Shown: positions 18,763 through 28,226 of the stretch, piece after piece | How positions within the stretch are numbered: the stretch's first letter is position 1 | Layout of the letters: the number at the start of each line of letters is the position of its first letter | From: a virus | Lineage: Duplodnaviria > Heunggongvirae > Uroviricota > Caudoviricetes | DNA length: 64,000 nt | Direction: 5' to 3' (one strand) | IMG/VR virus record: IMGVR_UViG_2917886563_000007 | The notes under the pieces: generated by a model | What the model saw: only the letters and a program-made list of their open reading frames with translations | What the model was told of the DNA's origin: nothing | Database searches by the model: none | Translations under genes and position numbers: made by a program

Positions 18763-20160
18763 TCAACACTCGATTTTTTCATAAATAGAGGCCTGTTCTA
18801 AGATCCAGCTCTCAATTTTTTCATGCCATTTACGCAACAAATCTAATGGACGACGACGGTAGTGTTTCTCAGCTAGAGCACTAGGTTTATGGCCCATAAT
18901 CTGCGCAACTATGCCAGTTGGCACTTCGACCCATTCGGCGAGCGTACCAAAACTACGACGTAATCCATGCAGGCTGATGTGTGGTAATTCAGCCTTAGCT
19001 AAGGCCCGATTGTGTGCGGAACGCGGTTCAATAATTTTGCCGCTTTTGCTATTACTCCTGAAAACCCAATCCTCCTTATTTACGTCAGAATTTGGTGTTT
19101 GCACCAATGCGCGTAACAGGTGAGTGACATAAGGAGTAAGAGGTATGATACGTTCGCCTTCGATCTTGTCTTTAATCCGCATACTTGACCATTTGAAATC
19201 GACGTCAGACCACCGAAGTGACGCAATTTCTTCGCGTCGCGCTCCGGTGAGTAAAAGTACCTGGAGATAGGCCGATGCAATGGGATTGTTGAGGTTACGC
19301 ACGGCACTGAACCAGCTTTTTAACTGTTCTTTTTGTAAGCAATCTCCCGCTTTACTCGCTGATACTGGAACCAATTTTCTCACGTTATGATCTTGTGCAA
19401 GATCGCCATGGATTATTCCCTGATATTTTTTCTGGTAATTAACCCATTTGATAAATGCACGCAACAGACGGTAGGCATGAGCAGTGACGGTAGGCCGATT
19501 TTGTCTTTCTGTACTTAGCCATGCGGCAATGTTCTCTGGTGTTAGTTCCGATAACGGTAGGTCGAGCAAGCTAGCCAATGGTCCAGCCGAGGTTGGGCCC
19601 CGGCCTCTTTTTTTACTTTCTCCTCCACGGCTGGACAAGTTCACGTGATCGGCAATATAACGTGCAGAGTAAGGACGTTTAGTTTTTGCGCTGATTCCGG
19701 TTCTCAATTCTTGAAGATAATCTTCCCAAGCGCTTGAGAAGGTTACCTTCGTTTTACGAGATTCAGCCTGCTGTGATTCCGCTTCAGCAATTTTTTCTGC
19801 TTTAGCTATACGCGGATCTATCCCAGTATCGATTAATGTTTGCAGCCGCCTGGCTTCGGCCCTGGCATCATCAATCCTCCAATCGTTAATGTTGCCAATG
19901 GTCATGCGAAGGGTTTTTCCCGCATATACGCTTTGGAACACAAAAGCTTTTGTTCCGCGAGTTGCCCGGCATGCCAGAGTTGTTACATCCGCATCCCAAA
20001 GAAATGCTTGGTTTTTCCCTTCAGTTAAAGCAAATTTTCGAATACGCTCGAAGGTGAGTTTTTGTCTCGGAAGTGCCATTTTTGGGCTCCAGATGAGAAA
20101 GGTTACATCACCATAATGTAACGGCTGGTGTAAGTAAATTAGGGGAATACACATCAACAC
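18763..20160 (-). CDS. tyrosine integrase (P4/IntF-like)
   Basis: 465-aa ORF (alternative start at 20079, MALPRQK); C-terminal catalytic residues …HGLRRSF…IMGHK…Y…; adjacent to the tRNA-derived repeat. Confidence 0.85.
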   Translation of the reverse strand: MLMCIPLIYLHQPLHYGDVTFLIWSPKMALPRQKLTFERIRKFALTEGKNQAFLWDADVTTLACRATRGTKAFVFQSVYAGKTLRMTIGNINDWRIDDARAEARRLQTLIDTGIDPRIAKAEKIAEAESQQAESRKTKVTFSSAWEDYLQELRTGISAKTKRPYSARYIADHVNLSSRGGESKKRGRGPTSAGPLASLLDLPLSELTPENIAAWLSTERQNRPTVTAHAYRLLRAFIKWVNYQKKYQGIIHGDLAQDHNVRKLVPVSASKAGDCLQKEQLKSWFSAVRNLNNPIASAYLQVLLLTGARREEIASLRWSDVDFKWSSMRIKDKIEGERIIPLTPYVTHLLRALVQTPNSDVNKEDWVFRSNSKSGKIIEPRSAHNRALAKAELPHISLHGLRRSFGTLAEWVEVPTGIVAQIMGHKPSALAEKHYRRRPLDLLRKWHEKIESWILEQASIYEKIEC

Positions 20161-20261
20161 CTGTCAATTTTTATCAACAGGTGTGTTTTATAAGTTAATG
20201 TTTTATAATGAACTAATTGTTTTAAGAGTAGGTTTTTAAAGGGGTAAAAGTATAATAACGT

Positions 20262-20310
20262 CGCATTCGTAATGCGAAGGTCGTAGGTTCGACTCCTATT
20301 ATCGGCACCA
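20262..20310 (+). repeat. 49-bp direct repeat of thrW 3' end (att core; pseudo-tRNA)
   Basis: cgcattcgtaatgcgaaggtcgtaggttcgactcctattatcggcacca identical to 1396-1444; flanking approx 20 bp also similar (t(c)taaatcaat(a/t)agttac). Confidence 0.9.
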
Positions 20311-20324
20311 TCTAAATCAATAAG

Positions 20325-21488
20325 TTACACATCATTAGTACCTTCCTTATTTTTTGACTGGGACAAATTTGGGACCGATGGGTTCAGGATCGAGTCTATT
20401 TGCCGTGCGTGTTCGGTAAGGTGATTAGGTGCAAGGTGAGCATATCGACGAACCATTTCGATAGACTCCCAGCCTCCCATTTCCTGTAACACTGACAACG
20501 GGACTCCGGCTTGAACCAGCCAACTTGCCCAGGTGTGTCTCAAGTCGTGAAATCTGAAATCATCAATACCAGCCCGTCTCAGCGCCGCTTTCCAGGCTGT
20601 GTTTGCGTCATACCGCATCTTCCTTACTGTTGGCGCTTTCGTTCCGTCTGGTTTGGTACAGCTTTCCTTGTACACAAATACCCAACGGTGATGATTCCCG
20701 ATTTGTTTTTTCAATACGCGACATGCAGTATCATTCAGCGCAACGCCAATTGCGCGGTTTGATTTACTCTCTTCCGGGTTTATCCATGCCACCCGGCGCT
20801 GCATATCTATTTGTTGCCATTCAAGGTTGATGATGTTCGAGCGTCTTAAACCTGTTGCCAGTGCAAATTCAACAACAGACTTTAATGGCTCCGGACATTC
20901 ATCAATCAGCCTTTGTGCTTCATGAGGCTCCAGCCAGCGGATCCGTTTATTCTTTGGTTGAGGCACTTTAATAATTGGTGCCTTATCCAGCATTTTCCAT
21001 TCACGCTCTGCGGCTCTTAGCAGGGCCTTTATAAATGAAAGATGCGTTGCCTTCGTTGCAACGGACGCTGGTTTTGGCGTGTATTCTGGAACTGGTTTCC
21101 CTTTTTTTCTGCATGCTTCTGCCCTGAGTTTCCAGTTTTCCTCATGACGCCGGTTCGTCATTTTCTGCATTGCTGAATAAATTTTTGATTCAGTAATGTC
21201 TCTTAGTTGCATTCCTGCGAAATGTTGAAGCCAGAATCCGATCCGGCTTTTGTCATCGTCCAGTGATTTTTTATGTGCTTTCTCTTCGAGCCACCTGACA
21301 CACGCCTCCTCGAACGTCATATCAGGTATTTCACCAAGTTTGCTGACCCGCCATGCTTCAGCCTTTAGCTTGTCATGGAGCTCTGTCGCCTGCCTTTTGT
21401 CCTTTGTTCCAAGAGACTGTTTAAATCTTTTACCGTTCGGCAATGTGAAACTGGCGTACCATATTTCACCTCTGCGGAAGAGTGACAT
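20325..21488 (-). CDS. int: tyrosine integrase (P22/DLP12 IntD-like)
   Basis: 387-aa [44 protein letters not shown]… matching P22/DLP12-type Int as recalled; stop codon 14 bp from tRNA repeat. Confidence 0.9.
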   Translation of the reverse strand: MSLFRRGEIWYASFTLPNGKRFKQSLGTKDKRQATELHDKLKAEAWRVSKLGEIPDMTFEEACVRWLEEKAHKKSLDDDKSRIGFWLQHFAGMQLRDITESKIYSAMQKMTNRRHEENWKLRAEACRKKGKPVPEYTPKPASVATKATHLSFIKALLRAAEREWKMLDKAPIIKVPQPKNKRIRWLEPHEAQRLIDECPEPLKSVVEFALATGLRRSNIINLEWQQIDMQRRVAWINPEESKSNRAIGVALNDTACRVLKKQIGNHHRWVFVYKESCTKPDGTKAPTVRKMRYDANTAWKAALRRAGIDDFRFHDLRHTWASWLVQAGVPLSVLQEMGGWESIEMVRRYAHLAPNHLTEHARQIDSILNPSVPNLSQSKNKEGTNDV

Positions 21489-21715
21489 TTTCTTTCCTCT
21501 GTTATGCCATCACCCGCGCTCACCTGGACAGTATGCAGCGGAGACTGAAGCGCCGCAATGCAGGCTTGTCGTGTTGTGAGGTAAGGAGATTTTGGTTTAG
21601 TGGGGTCTTTGCGTGTTGCCTGTAGGCGGCCTGTTCGTATCCAGTTGGTAGCGGTAGGTCTGGATATCTTGAGAAACTGACAGGCCTCATCGAGTGTGAG
21701 GCTGTATGATTCCAT
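21365..21715 (-). CDS. xis: excisionase (Xis, HTH_17-like)
   Basis: ORF 21365..21745; start at [29 protein letters not shown]… ; overlaps int start as in P22/DLP12. Confidence 0.65.
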   Translation of the reverse strand: MESYSLTLDEACQFLKISRPTATNWIRTGRLQATRKDPTKPKSPYLTTRQACIAALQSPLHTVQVSAGDGITEERKCHSSAEVKYGTPVSHCRTVKDLNSLLEQRTKGRRQSSMTS

Positions 21716-21965
21716 GGTTACCTCTGCTTTTTGAACGCATGTCACGTAACTTCTTAATGTGTTCTGCCGTTTCGATCTCTTCTGCTATCCGATCTGCATC
21801 AGCTTTATTCACAGGTTCAAAGTCATGATTAAAGCGGAACATGCTGGCGATACATGTTCTGCCTTTTCGGATGTAGTGAACTTTGTTGTGAGTGGAACGC
21901 AGGATTTTGCAGGGAGTGCCGTGTTGGTCGACGTACCAGGTGTTAGGGTAAATCACTCTGAACAT
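21687..21965 (-). CDS. hypothetical prophage early protein
   Basis: 92-aa ORF in int-exo (ea/b2-like) region. Confidence 0.4.
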   Translation of the reverse strand: MFRVIYPNTWYVDQHGTPCKILRSTHNKVHYIRKGRTCIASMFRFNHDFEPVNKADADRIAEEIETAEHIKKLRDMRSKSRGNHGIIQPHTR

Positions 21966-22278
21966 TCTTGGCCTTGTGTTGTGCGGATTGATATTCAGTG
22001 CTGATATTCACCTTTATAGCGAACACCTTTACCGGTTTATCGCCAAAGTGCGGATGTGTGATTGTCTTCACTTCATATCCGTCATACGGAACATCAATTC
22101 TGCGACTGAAATCGTCACGCTTCGGATATCCCTTCGTGATGATCAGACTGCCATACTCGCGGTTAACGAGGCGCTTTTTCCAGTAGTCATTAACAAGGCG
22201 ATACTCTTCCGTTTTCTCTCCGCGAATCATGGCATCGAAGTATTCACTTTTAACAGCAAGTTGCAGGTTAGCCATCAC
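21943..22278 (-). CDS. hypothetical prophage early protein
   Basis: 111-aa ORF in int-exo region. Confidence 0.4.
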   Translation of the reverse strand: MMANLQLAVKSEYFDAMIRGEKTEEYRLVNDYWKKRLVNREYGSLIITKGYPKRDDFSRRIDVPYDGYEVKTITHPHFGDKPVKVFAIKVNISTEYQSAQHKAKNVQSDLP

Positions 22279-22496
22279 TTAATCCCCCTTTGTTTGCGGA
22301 TAAGCTCCAGATCTTGCTGGCAACTGGCACAAGTCCGACAACCCTGAACGGCCAGTCGTCTTCGTTCATCTATCGGATCGCCACACTCACAACAATGAGT
22401 GGCGGATACAGCCAGGTGGTTCAGACGGCGCATTTTTATTGCTGTGTTGCGCTGTAATTCTTCGATTTCTGATGCTGAATCAATGAGGTCTGCCAT
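22275..22496 (-). CDS. TraR/DksA-family C4 zinc-finger protein
   Basis: 73-aa ORF with CxxC…CxxC (…HCCECGDPID…CRTCASCQ…). Confidence 0.65.
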   Translation of the reverse strand: MADLIDSASEIEELQRNTAIKMRRLNHLAVSATHCCECGDPIDERRRLAVQGCRTCASCQQDLELIRKQRGIK

Positions 22497-22592
22497 CTCA
22501 TTAATCCCTGAATTGTTGGTTAATACGCGTGAGGGTGAATGCGAATAATAAAAAAGGAGCCTGTAGCTCCCTGATGATTTTGCTTTTCATGT

Positions 22593-22808
22593 TCACCGTT
22601 CCTTAAAGACGCCGTTTAACATGCCGATCGCCAGGCTTAAATGAGTCGGTGTGAAGCCCATCAGCGTTACCGTTTCGCGGTGCTTCTTTAGTACGCTACG
22701 GCAAATGTCATCGACGTTTTTATCCGGAAACTGCTGTCTGGCTTTTTTGATTTCAGAATTAGCCTGGCGGGCAATGCTGCGAAGGGCGTTTTCTTGCTGA
22801 TGTGTCAT
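22593..22808 (-). CDS. hypothetical small protein
   Basis: ORF 22593..22907, probable start MTHQQENAL (71 aa). Confidence 0.3.
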   Translation of the reverse strand: MTHQQENALRSIARQANSEIKKARQQFPDKNVDDICRSVLKKHRETVTLMGFTPTHLSLAIGMLNGVFKER

Positions 22809-22884
22809 TGAACAAGTCCCATGTCGGCAAGCATAAGCACACAGAATATGAAGCCCGCTGCCAGAAAAATGCATTCCGTGGTTG

Positions 22885-23442
22885 TCATGCAGCCTCCCGA
22901 CGGGCAAGAATCCTTGAGCCGAACGCCATCAACTCGCCACGATCAACGGTCGTAAAGTGGCAGTGTGTACGGGGGTATGGGTGCCAGATAATGAGCATCG
23001 AGCCTTTATTATTTCCACTCACGGGTTTCCCGGTGAGTGGGTTAATAAATGCCAGTCGTCCTGCCGTGATGAATCTGACCTCACTGGCGGTTTGTATCGC
23101 TTCATGAAACCATCCGACAGATGTGTCAGCAGGCAGTAACATTACACATCCCACACTACTGAATTTGTTTTCAGTGGCTGCCTTTTTCACAAAAGGGGAA
23201 ATATTGCTGTATGGTGGATTCAGCCAGACATAACCAGAGGCATATCCCATTGCTTCAGGCCATGAAGTGGTTAATGTGTTCTGCTCCTGTGAGATAAAAA
23301 GCCGACATAGCCGGTTTTTTTCGTTGGCTGCAGCATCAAGTTGAAAAACGAACTCTGCATTAAGCGCAGCAAAAATCTCTGGTGGTGTGCGCCAGCTGTC
23401 GCGATGTTCGGCAGGAGTATTGCTTCCGGTGAAATCAGTCAT
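22885..23442 (-). CDS. phage DNA N6-adenine methyltransferase (Dam-like, orphan)
   Basis: 185-aa ORF with NPPY motif (…VWLNPPYSNIS…) and N-terminal …WRTPPEIF… typical of phage N6A MTases. Confidence 0.75.
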   Translation of the reverse strand: MTDFTGSNTPAEHRDSWRTPPEIFAALNAEFVFQLDAAANEKNRLCRLFISQEQNTLTTSWPEAMGYASGYVWLNPPYSNISPFVKKAATENKFSSVGCVMLLPADTSVGWFHEAIQTASEVRFITAGRLAFINPLTGKPVSGNNKGSMLIIWHPYPRTHCHFTTVDRGELMAFGSRILARREAA

Positions 23443-23593
23443 ACAGCCCCCCGTTTATTATTTATCTCCTCAGCCAGCCGCTGTGCTTTCAGTGGATTTC
23501 TGATAACAGAAAGGCCGGGAAATACCCAGCCTCGCTTTGTAACGGAGTAGATGAAAGTGATCGCGCCTACCCGGATATTATCGCGAGGATGCT

Positions 23594-24274
23594 TCATCGC
23601 CATTGCTCCCCAAATACAAAACCAATTTCAGCCAGTGCCTCGTCCATTTTTTCGATGAACTCCGGCACCATCTCGTCAAAATTCGCCATGTACTTTTCAT
23701 CCCGCTCAACCACGACATAATGCAGGCCTTCACGCTTCATGCGCGGGTCATAGTTGGCAAAGTACCAGGCATCTTTTCGCGTCACCCACATGCTGTACTG
23801 CACCTGGGCCATGTAAGCCGACTTTATGGCCTCGAAACCACCGAGCCGGAACTTCATGAAATCCCGGGAGGTAAACGGGCATTTCAGCTCAAGGCCATTG
23901 CCGTCACTGCATAAACCATCGGGAGAGCAGGCGGTGCGCATACTTTCGTCGCGATAGATGATCGGGGATTCAGTAACATTCACGCCGGAAGTGAATTCAA
24001 ACAGGGTTCTGGCGTCGTTCTCGTACTGTTTTCCCCAGGCCAGCGCCTTAGCATTAACTTCCGGAGCCACACCGGTGCAAACCTCAGCCAGCAGGGTGTG
24101 GAAGTAGGACATTTTCATGTCAGGCCACTTCTTTCCTGAGCGGGGCTTTGCTATCACGTTGTGAACTTCTGAAGCGGTGATGACGCCGAGCCGTAATTTG
24201 TGCCATGCATCATCCCCCTGTTCGACAGCTCTCACGTCGATCCCGGTACGCTGCAGGATAATGTCCGGTGTCAT
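23594..24274 (-). CDS. exo: lambda exonuclease (Red alpha)
   Basis: 226-aa ORF essentially identical to lambda Exo as recalled ([30 protein letters not shown]…). Confidence 0.95.
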   Translation of the reverse strand: MTPDIILQRTGIDVRAVEQGDDAWHKLRLGVITASEVHNVIAKPRSGKKWPDMKMSYFHTLLAEVCTGVAPEVNAKALAWGKQYENDARTLFEFTSGVNVTESPIIYRDESMRTACSPDGLCSDGNGLELKCPFTSRDFMKFRLGGFEAIKSAYMAQVQYSMWVTRKDAWYFANYDPRMKREGLHYVVVERDEKYMANFDEMVPEFIEKMDEALAEIGFVFGEQWR

Positions 24275-25056
24275 GCTGCCACCTTCTGCTCAGTGGCTTT
24301 CTGTTTCAGGAATCCAAGAGCTTTCGCTGCTTCGGCCTGTGTCAGTTCTGACGATGCACGAATGTCGCGGCGAAATATCTGGGAACAGAGCGGCAATAAG
24401 TCGTCATCCCATGTTTTATCCAGGGCGATCAGCAGAGTGTTAATCTCCTGCATGGTTTCATCGTTAACCGGAGTGATGTCGCGTTCCGGCTGACGTTCTG
24501 CAGTGTATGCGGTATTTTCGACAATGCGCTCGGCTTCATCCTTGTCATAGATACCCGCAAATCCGAAGGCGAGACGGGCACACTGAATCATGGCTTTATG
24601 CCGTAACATCCGTTTGGGATGCGACTGCCACGGCCCCGTGATTTCTCTGCCTTCGCGGGTTTTGAATGGTTCGCGGCGGCATTCATCCATCCACTCGGTA
24701 ACGCAGATCGGATGATTGCGGTCCTTGCGGTAAATCCGGCATGTACAGGATTCATTGTCCTGCTCAAAGTCCATGCCATCAAACTGCTGGTTTTCATTGA
24801 TGATGCGGGACCAGCCATCAACGCCCACCACCGGAACGATGCCGTTCTGCTTATCAGGGAAGGCGTAAATTTCTTTCGTCCACGGATTAAGGCCGTACTG
24901 GTTGGCGACGATCAGCAATGCGATGAACTGCGCATCGCTGGCATCGCCTTTAAATGCTGTCTGGCGAAGAGTGGTGATCAGTTCCTGTGGGTCGACAGAA
25001 TCCATGCCGACACGTTCAGCCAGCTTCCCTGCCAGCGTTGCGAGTGCTGTACTCAT
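24271..25056 (-). CDS. bet: recombination protein Bet (Red beta)
   Basis: 261-aa ORF matching lambda Bet ([37 protein letters not shown]…). Confidence 0.95.
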   Translation of the reverse strand: MSTALATLAGKLAERVGMDSVDPQELITTLRQTAFKGDASDAQFIALLIVANQYGLNPWTKEIYAFPDKQNGIVPVVGVDGWSRIINENQQFDGMDFEQDNESCTCRIYRKDRNHPICVTEWMDECRREPFKTREGREITGPWQSHPKRMLRHKAMIQCARLAFGFAGIYDKDEAERIVENTAYTAERQPERDITPVNDETMQEINTLLIALDKTWDDDLLPLCSQIFRRDIRASSELTQAEAAKALGFLKQKATEQKVAA

Positions 25057-25061
25057 CCGTT

Positions 25062-25358
25062 TTATACCTCTGAATCAATATCAACCTGGTGGTGAGCAAT
25101 GGTTTCAACCATGTACCGGATGTGTTCTGCCATGCGCTCCTGAAACTCAACATCGTCATCAAACGCACGGGTAATGGCTTTTTTGCTGGCCCCGTGGCGT
25201 TGCAAATGATCGATGCATAGCGATTCAAACAGGTGCTGTGGAAGACCTTTTTCCATGTCGTCTGCCAGTTCTGCCTCTTTCTCTTCACGGGCGATCTGCT
25301 GGTAGTGACGCGCCCAGCTCTGAGCCTCAAGACGATCCTGAATGTAACAAGCGTTCAT
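25062..25358 (-). CDS. gam: Gam (RecBCD inhibitor), short form
   Basis: 98-aa ORF matching lambda Gam C-terminal 98 residues ([21 protein letters not shown]… as recalled). Confidence 0.9.
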   Translation of the reverse strand: MNACYIQDRLEAQSWARHYQQIAREEKEAELADDMEKGLPQHLFESLCIDHLQRHGASKKAITRAFDDDVEFQERMAEHIRYMVETIAHHQVDIDSEV

Positions 25359-25433
25359 GGCTGAACTCCTGAAAATGGCTGTGAAAATATCGCCAGCGAA
25401 ATGCCAGGCTGATTAGAAAAACAGGAAAGGGGA

Positions 25434-25640
25434 TTAGTGATTCAGGCCGTTGCCGCGTCCGTCAAGAAAAACTTCCACGAGCAAGTCACGGGTATAAGTG
25501 CGCTCGATGCCGCGATGCAGATAAAGCCGTCCGCGTAAATTAGCTGATGCTGTCCAGGTACCATCTTTGTGTTTGACCAGCATTCCTGGCATGACCGCAC
25601 CGCGATTAACGGTCTGCGCTCCGTAATGTTGATGAACCAT
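25434..25640 (-). CDS. hypothetical protein in kil/cIII position
   Basis: 68-aa ORF downstream of gam; identity to lambda Kil not confirmed from memory; an overlapping 133-aa frame also exists. Confidence 0.4.
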   Translation of the reverse strand: MVHQHYGAQTVNRGAVMPGMLVKHKDGTWTASANLRGRLYLHRGIERTYTRDLLVEVFLDGRGNGLNH

Positions 25641-26197
25641 AAAAACCCCTGCCCGTAAGCTGGGCTGCTGAACATATAGAGACTTCTGCGCGTATTCAGG
25701 CGGTGGATGGCCGCCGGTGTCATAACTAAGCCGCCTCGTTGAAGCGACTGAGGTATGAAGTATCGAGTTGATTTCAGCTGGTCACACCGACGTTCACGCG
25801 TCCGTTTCACCCCTCGCACTCCCCGTAGCCTGCTGAAATTCAAGCTGCGGATCTAAGCGGTCATCGCAACGGTGAAGCGGTAAATCAGGAGATTGCCGCA
25901 TTCCTGTGCCGTTGTGATGGATTTATAATACCTATTGCTATTGATTATATCAATACGTATAAGTATCGAGCGATAGCGTTTGTTGTTATGCTGTTGATAC
26001 TGAAAAGAATTTAATGTTGAGGTTTTTTGTGACATTCGACTCAAAATGGATTTTGCAATTAAATAACCAATTGATAACAATGAAAACATTACGGAGAACT
26101 AGATAGGCCAAATTACTTGCCACGAAGATAGTTGTAAGCGTTGATAACAATGGTATTGAGGAGGGATACCCCCGACAATTGCGTCAGGGGGGAGGGA

Positions 26198-26584
26198 TTA
26201 TTGGGCTTTAATGTAATTTTTCAACTTTGCAGTTTGCTCTACAGCGCTAGGAATGCATCCAAACATATTTGCGCATGAAGTTTGAACAACAATTTCGTTC
26301 TTATCGTTTCCTAAAGGTGTTTTTACAACCTGATATCCAAGCACGGCACTATTTCCAATAGGAGTGTATGTGGAAATTACCGTTTCATCTGCCATCTGAA
26401 TTTTCCAACCAGAATTCATTGCTATCCAAGCTTTGGCTCTCGACCAATATGTATCGCATTGCTCTTTACCTTGACAGTAAACTGGTTGTTGAGCTTGTGC
26501 GGCAATTTGGGGATCTATTTTCTGAGCACATCCAGAGATGCTAATCAGAATAGCTGCTGTAACGAATAGTTTTCTCATTGACAT
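26198..26584 (-). CDS. lipoprotein encoded downstream of repressor (rexAB position); candidate superinfection-exclusion protein
   Basis: 128-aa ORF with lipobox MSMRKLFVTAAILISISGC; same strand as cI, 43 bp downstream of it. Confidence 0.6.
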   Translation of the reverse strand: MSMRKLFVTAAILISISGCAQKIDPQIAAQAQQPVYCQGKEQCDTYWSRAKAWIAMNSGWKIQMADETVISTYTPIGNSAVLGYQVVKTPLGNDKNEIVVQTSCANMFGCIPSAVEQTAKLKNYIKAQ

Positions 26585-26626
26585 TTCCTTTGTTTTGAAT
26601 ATACAACAAATAAATTGGCAAAAAAA

Positions 26627-27318
26627 TTATCCGTGTTTTCTATATGTCTGCGGCATGCTTCCAATGACTTTACCGAAGATGAACACTCGGTTCATCTCGT
26701 CTTTCTCGATCGGGTCCCACGGTGAGTAGCTCTTGTTATCAGAGATAACCAGCAGCTTATCCTTCATCATTTGCAGGCGCTTTACATGGGCTGTGTCGTC
26801 GTACAGAAACGCATAGATACCATCACCGTCGAAAGATTTAACTGTGATATCAACGAACAGCAGATCACCTGGTTCGATCGTTCCTGACATGCTGTCACCG
26901 CGCACGTTAATGATGCGGATATTTTCCGCCTTCCTGCCATCGAACATGTGACGAGCATCGTCAAACGAGTACTCAACCGAGCGTAGAACTTCTACAAACT
27001 CACGATTGATGACACCCGGCCCGGCACTGACTTCTATATCAAGAACGTCAATCTTGAAGTATTTGGAATGGTTGACAGCAGGCTTTTCTGATTGTTGACC
27101 GTCATTTCTCATCGGGCCTATGCCTGACGAGAGCCACTCTGTTCGAACACCCAATGCATTAGCTATTTCAACAATTTTTGTTGAGCCGCGCGCGTTGCCG
27201 CTTGTCAGTCTCCAGATTGTGGGTTGAGCTACGCCAGACGCCTTTGCAAGAGCGCCTTGAGACATTCCAGATTGTTCCATCGCTAGGTTTAAGCGATCAG
27301 CAAGAGTTTCTTTTTTCA
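26627..27318 (-). CDS. cI: prophage repressor (CI-like; HTH + S24 LexA-like peptidase domain)
   Basis: ORF 26627..27388; probable start MKKETLADRLN…; HTH (…MSQGALAKASGVAQPTIWRL…) and C-terminal S24 motif …GDSMSGTI…G…KRL…. Confidence 0.85.
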
Positions 27319-27422
27319 TAAGTTTTAATTTATACGCTTGCGTATTGATGGTCAAAAACGTTTTGCTATTGCTTGAGTTAATACGCATTGCTATTATCTA
27401 TTTATTGCAATACCAATAGGAA
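27319..27422. promoter_or_regulatory. OR operator/promoter region between divergent cI and cro
   Basis: Inverted-repeat sites atacgcttgcgtat and taatacgcattgctatta and related half-sites in a 104-bp divergent intergenic region. Confidence 0.6.
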
Positions 27423-27656
27423 TTGATAATGACAAATCAAACCATTCAACTCGCAATCAGTATTACAGGTAGTCAAAAACGACTGGCAGATCTCTGCGGT
27501 GTAGCCCAACCCACGGTTTGGCGTTGGCTACACGGTGGCGGAATTGATGCCCGCTATGTAATGAAAATTGTCTCAGCCACTGGTGGAAAGATTAAACCAG
27601 CAGATATTCGTCCCGACCTCGCACCATTGTTTAACGCGAGTAATTCTGCCGCCTAA
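27423..27656 (+). CDS. cro: Cro-like HTH regulator
   Basis: 77-aa ORF with HTH (…QKRLADLCGVAQPTVWRWL…), divergent from repressor. Confidence 0.7.
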   Translation: MIMTNQTIQLAISITGSQKRLADLCGVAQPTVWRWLHGGGIDARYVMKIVSATGGKIKPADIRPDLAPLFNASNSAA

Positions 27657-27686
27657 TCTGCGGCGTTAACTGATAAGGCAATTACT

Positions 27687-28226
27687 ATGCAACCACTTAC
27701 ATACCAACAGACTAGCGGATTTAGCCCGACTGCGGTGATAAATCGTTCTCAAACAAAACAGGCGCCAGGCCACGAAAAAATCCGTGATGCCGTTCGCGCC
27801 TGGTCGGCTGCAGATAATCAGGATGTTGTTGCCGCACTCATTGTGAATGAGTATCGGGAGCTGGGCGGCGGCACCATCGATTTCCCTGATGATGTCAGCC
27901 GTGCACGCCAGAAGTTGTTCCGCTTCCTCGATAACAAATTCGATTCTGAAAAATACCGAAATAACGTGCGTGAACTGACCCCGGCAATTCTGGCGGTACT
28001 ACCGCTGGAATATCGCGGCCACCTGGTTGAGCAGGATAGCTTTATGGCTCGGCTGGCTGAAATGGAAAAGGAACTCAGTGAGGCAAAGCAGGCGGTCATT
28101 CTCAACGCACCACGCCACCAGAAACTGAAGGAAATGAGTGAAGGTATTGTGTCGATGTTTCGTGTGGACCCAGATCTGGCTGGTCCACTGATGGCGATGG
28201 TCACCACCATGCTGGGGGCAATATGA
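27687..28226 (+). CDS. hypothetical protein in cII position
   Basis: 179-aa ORF between cro and O; not recognisably CII-like. Confidence 0.45.
   Translation: MQPLTYQQTSGFSPTAVINRSQTKQAPGHEKIRDAVRAWSAADNQDVVAALIVNEYRELGGGTIDFPDDVSRARQKLFRFLDNKFDSEKYRNNVRELTPAILAVLPLEYRGHLVEQDSFMARLAEMEKELSEAKQAVILNAPRHQKLKEMSEGIVSMFRVDPDLAGPLMAMVTTMLGAI

Larger units (their letters stand above)
1445..20310. mobile_element. CP4-6/P4-type integrative island at thrW, bounded by tRNA 3'-end direct repeat
   Basis: Full tRNA at left, 49-bp identical copy of tRNA 3' end at 20262-20310, tyrosine integrase next to the right repeat, cargo of yee/ykf/yfj-type genes typical of CP4 cryptic prophages. Confidence 0.8.

Noticed and set aside
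25442-25843. 133-aa ORF overlapping the kil-region gene
   Set aside because: Overlaps the 68-aa ORF in another frame and extends over the probable cIII/pL-proximal region; Arg-rich low-complexity start; treated as less likely than the short ORF, not resolved.
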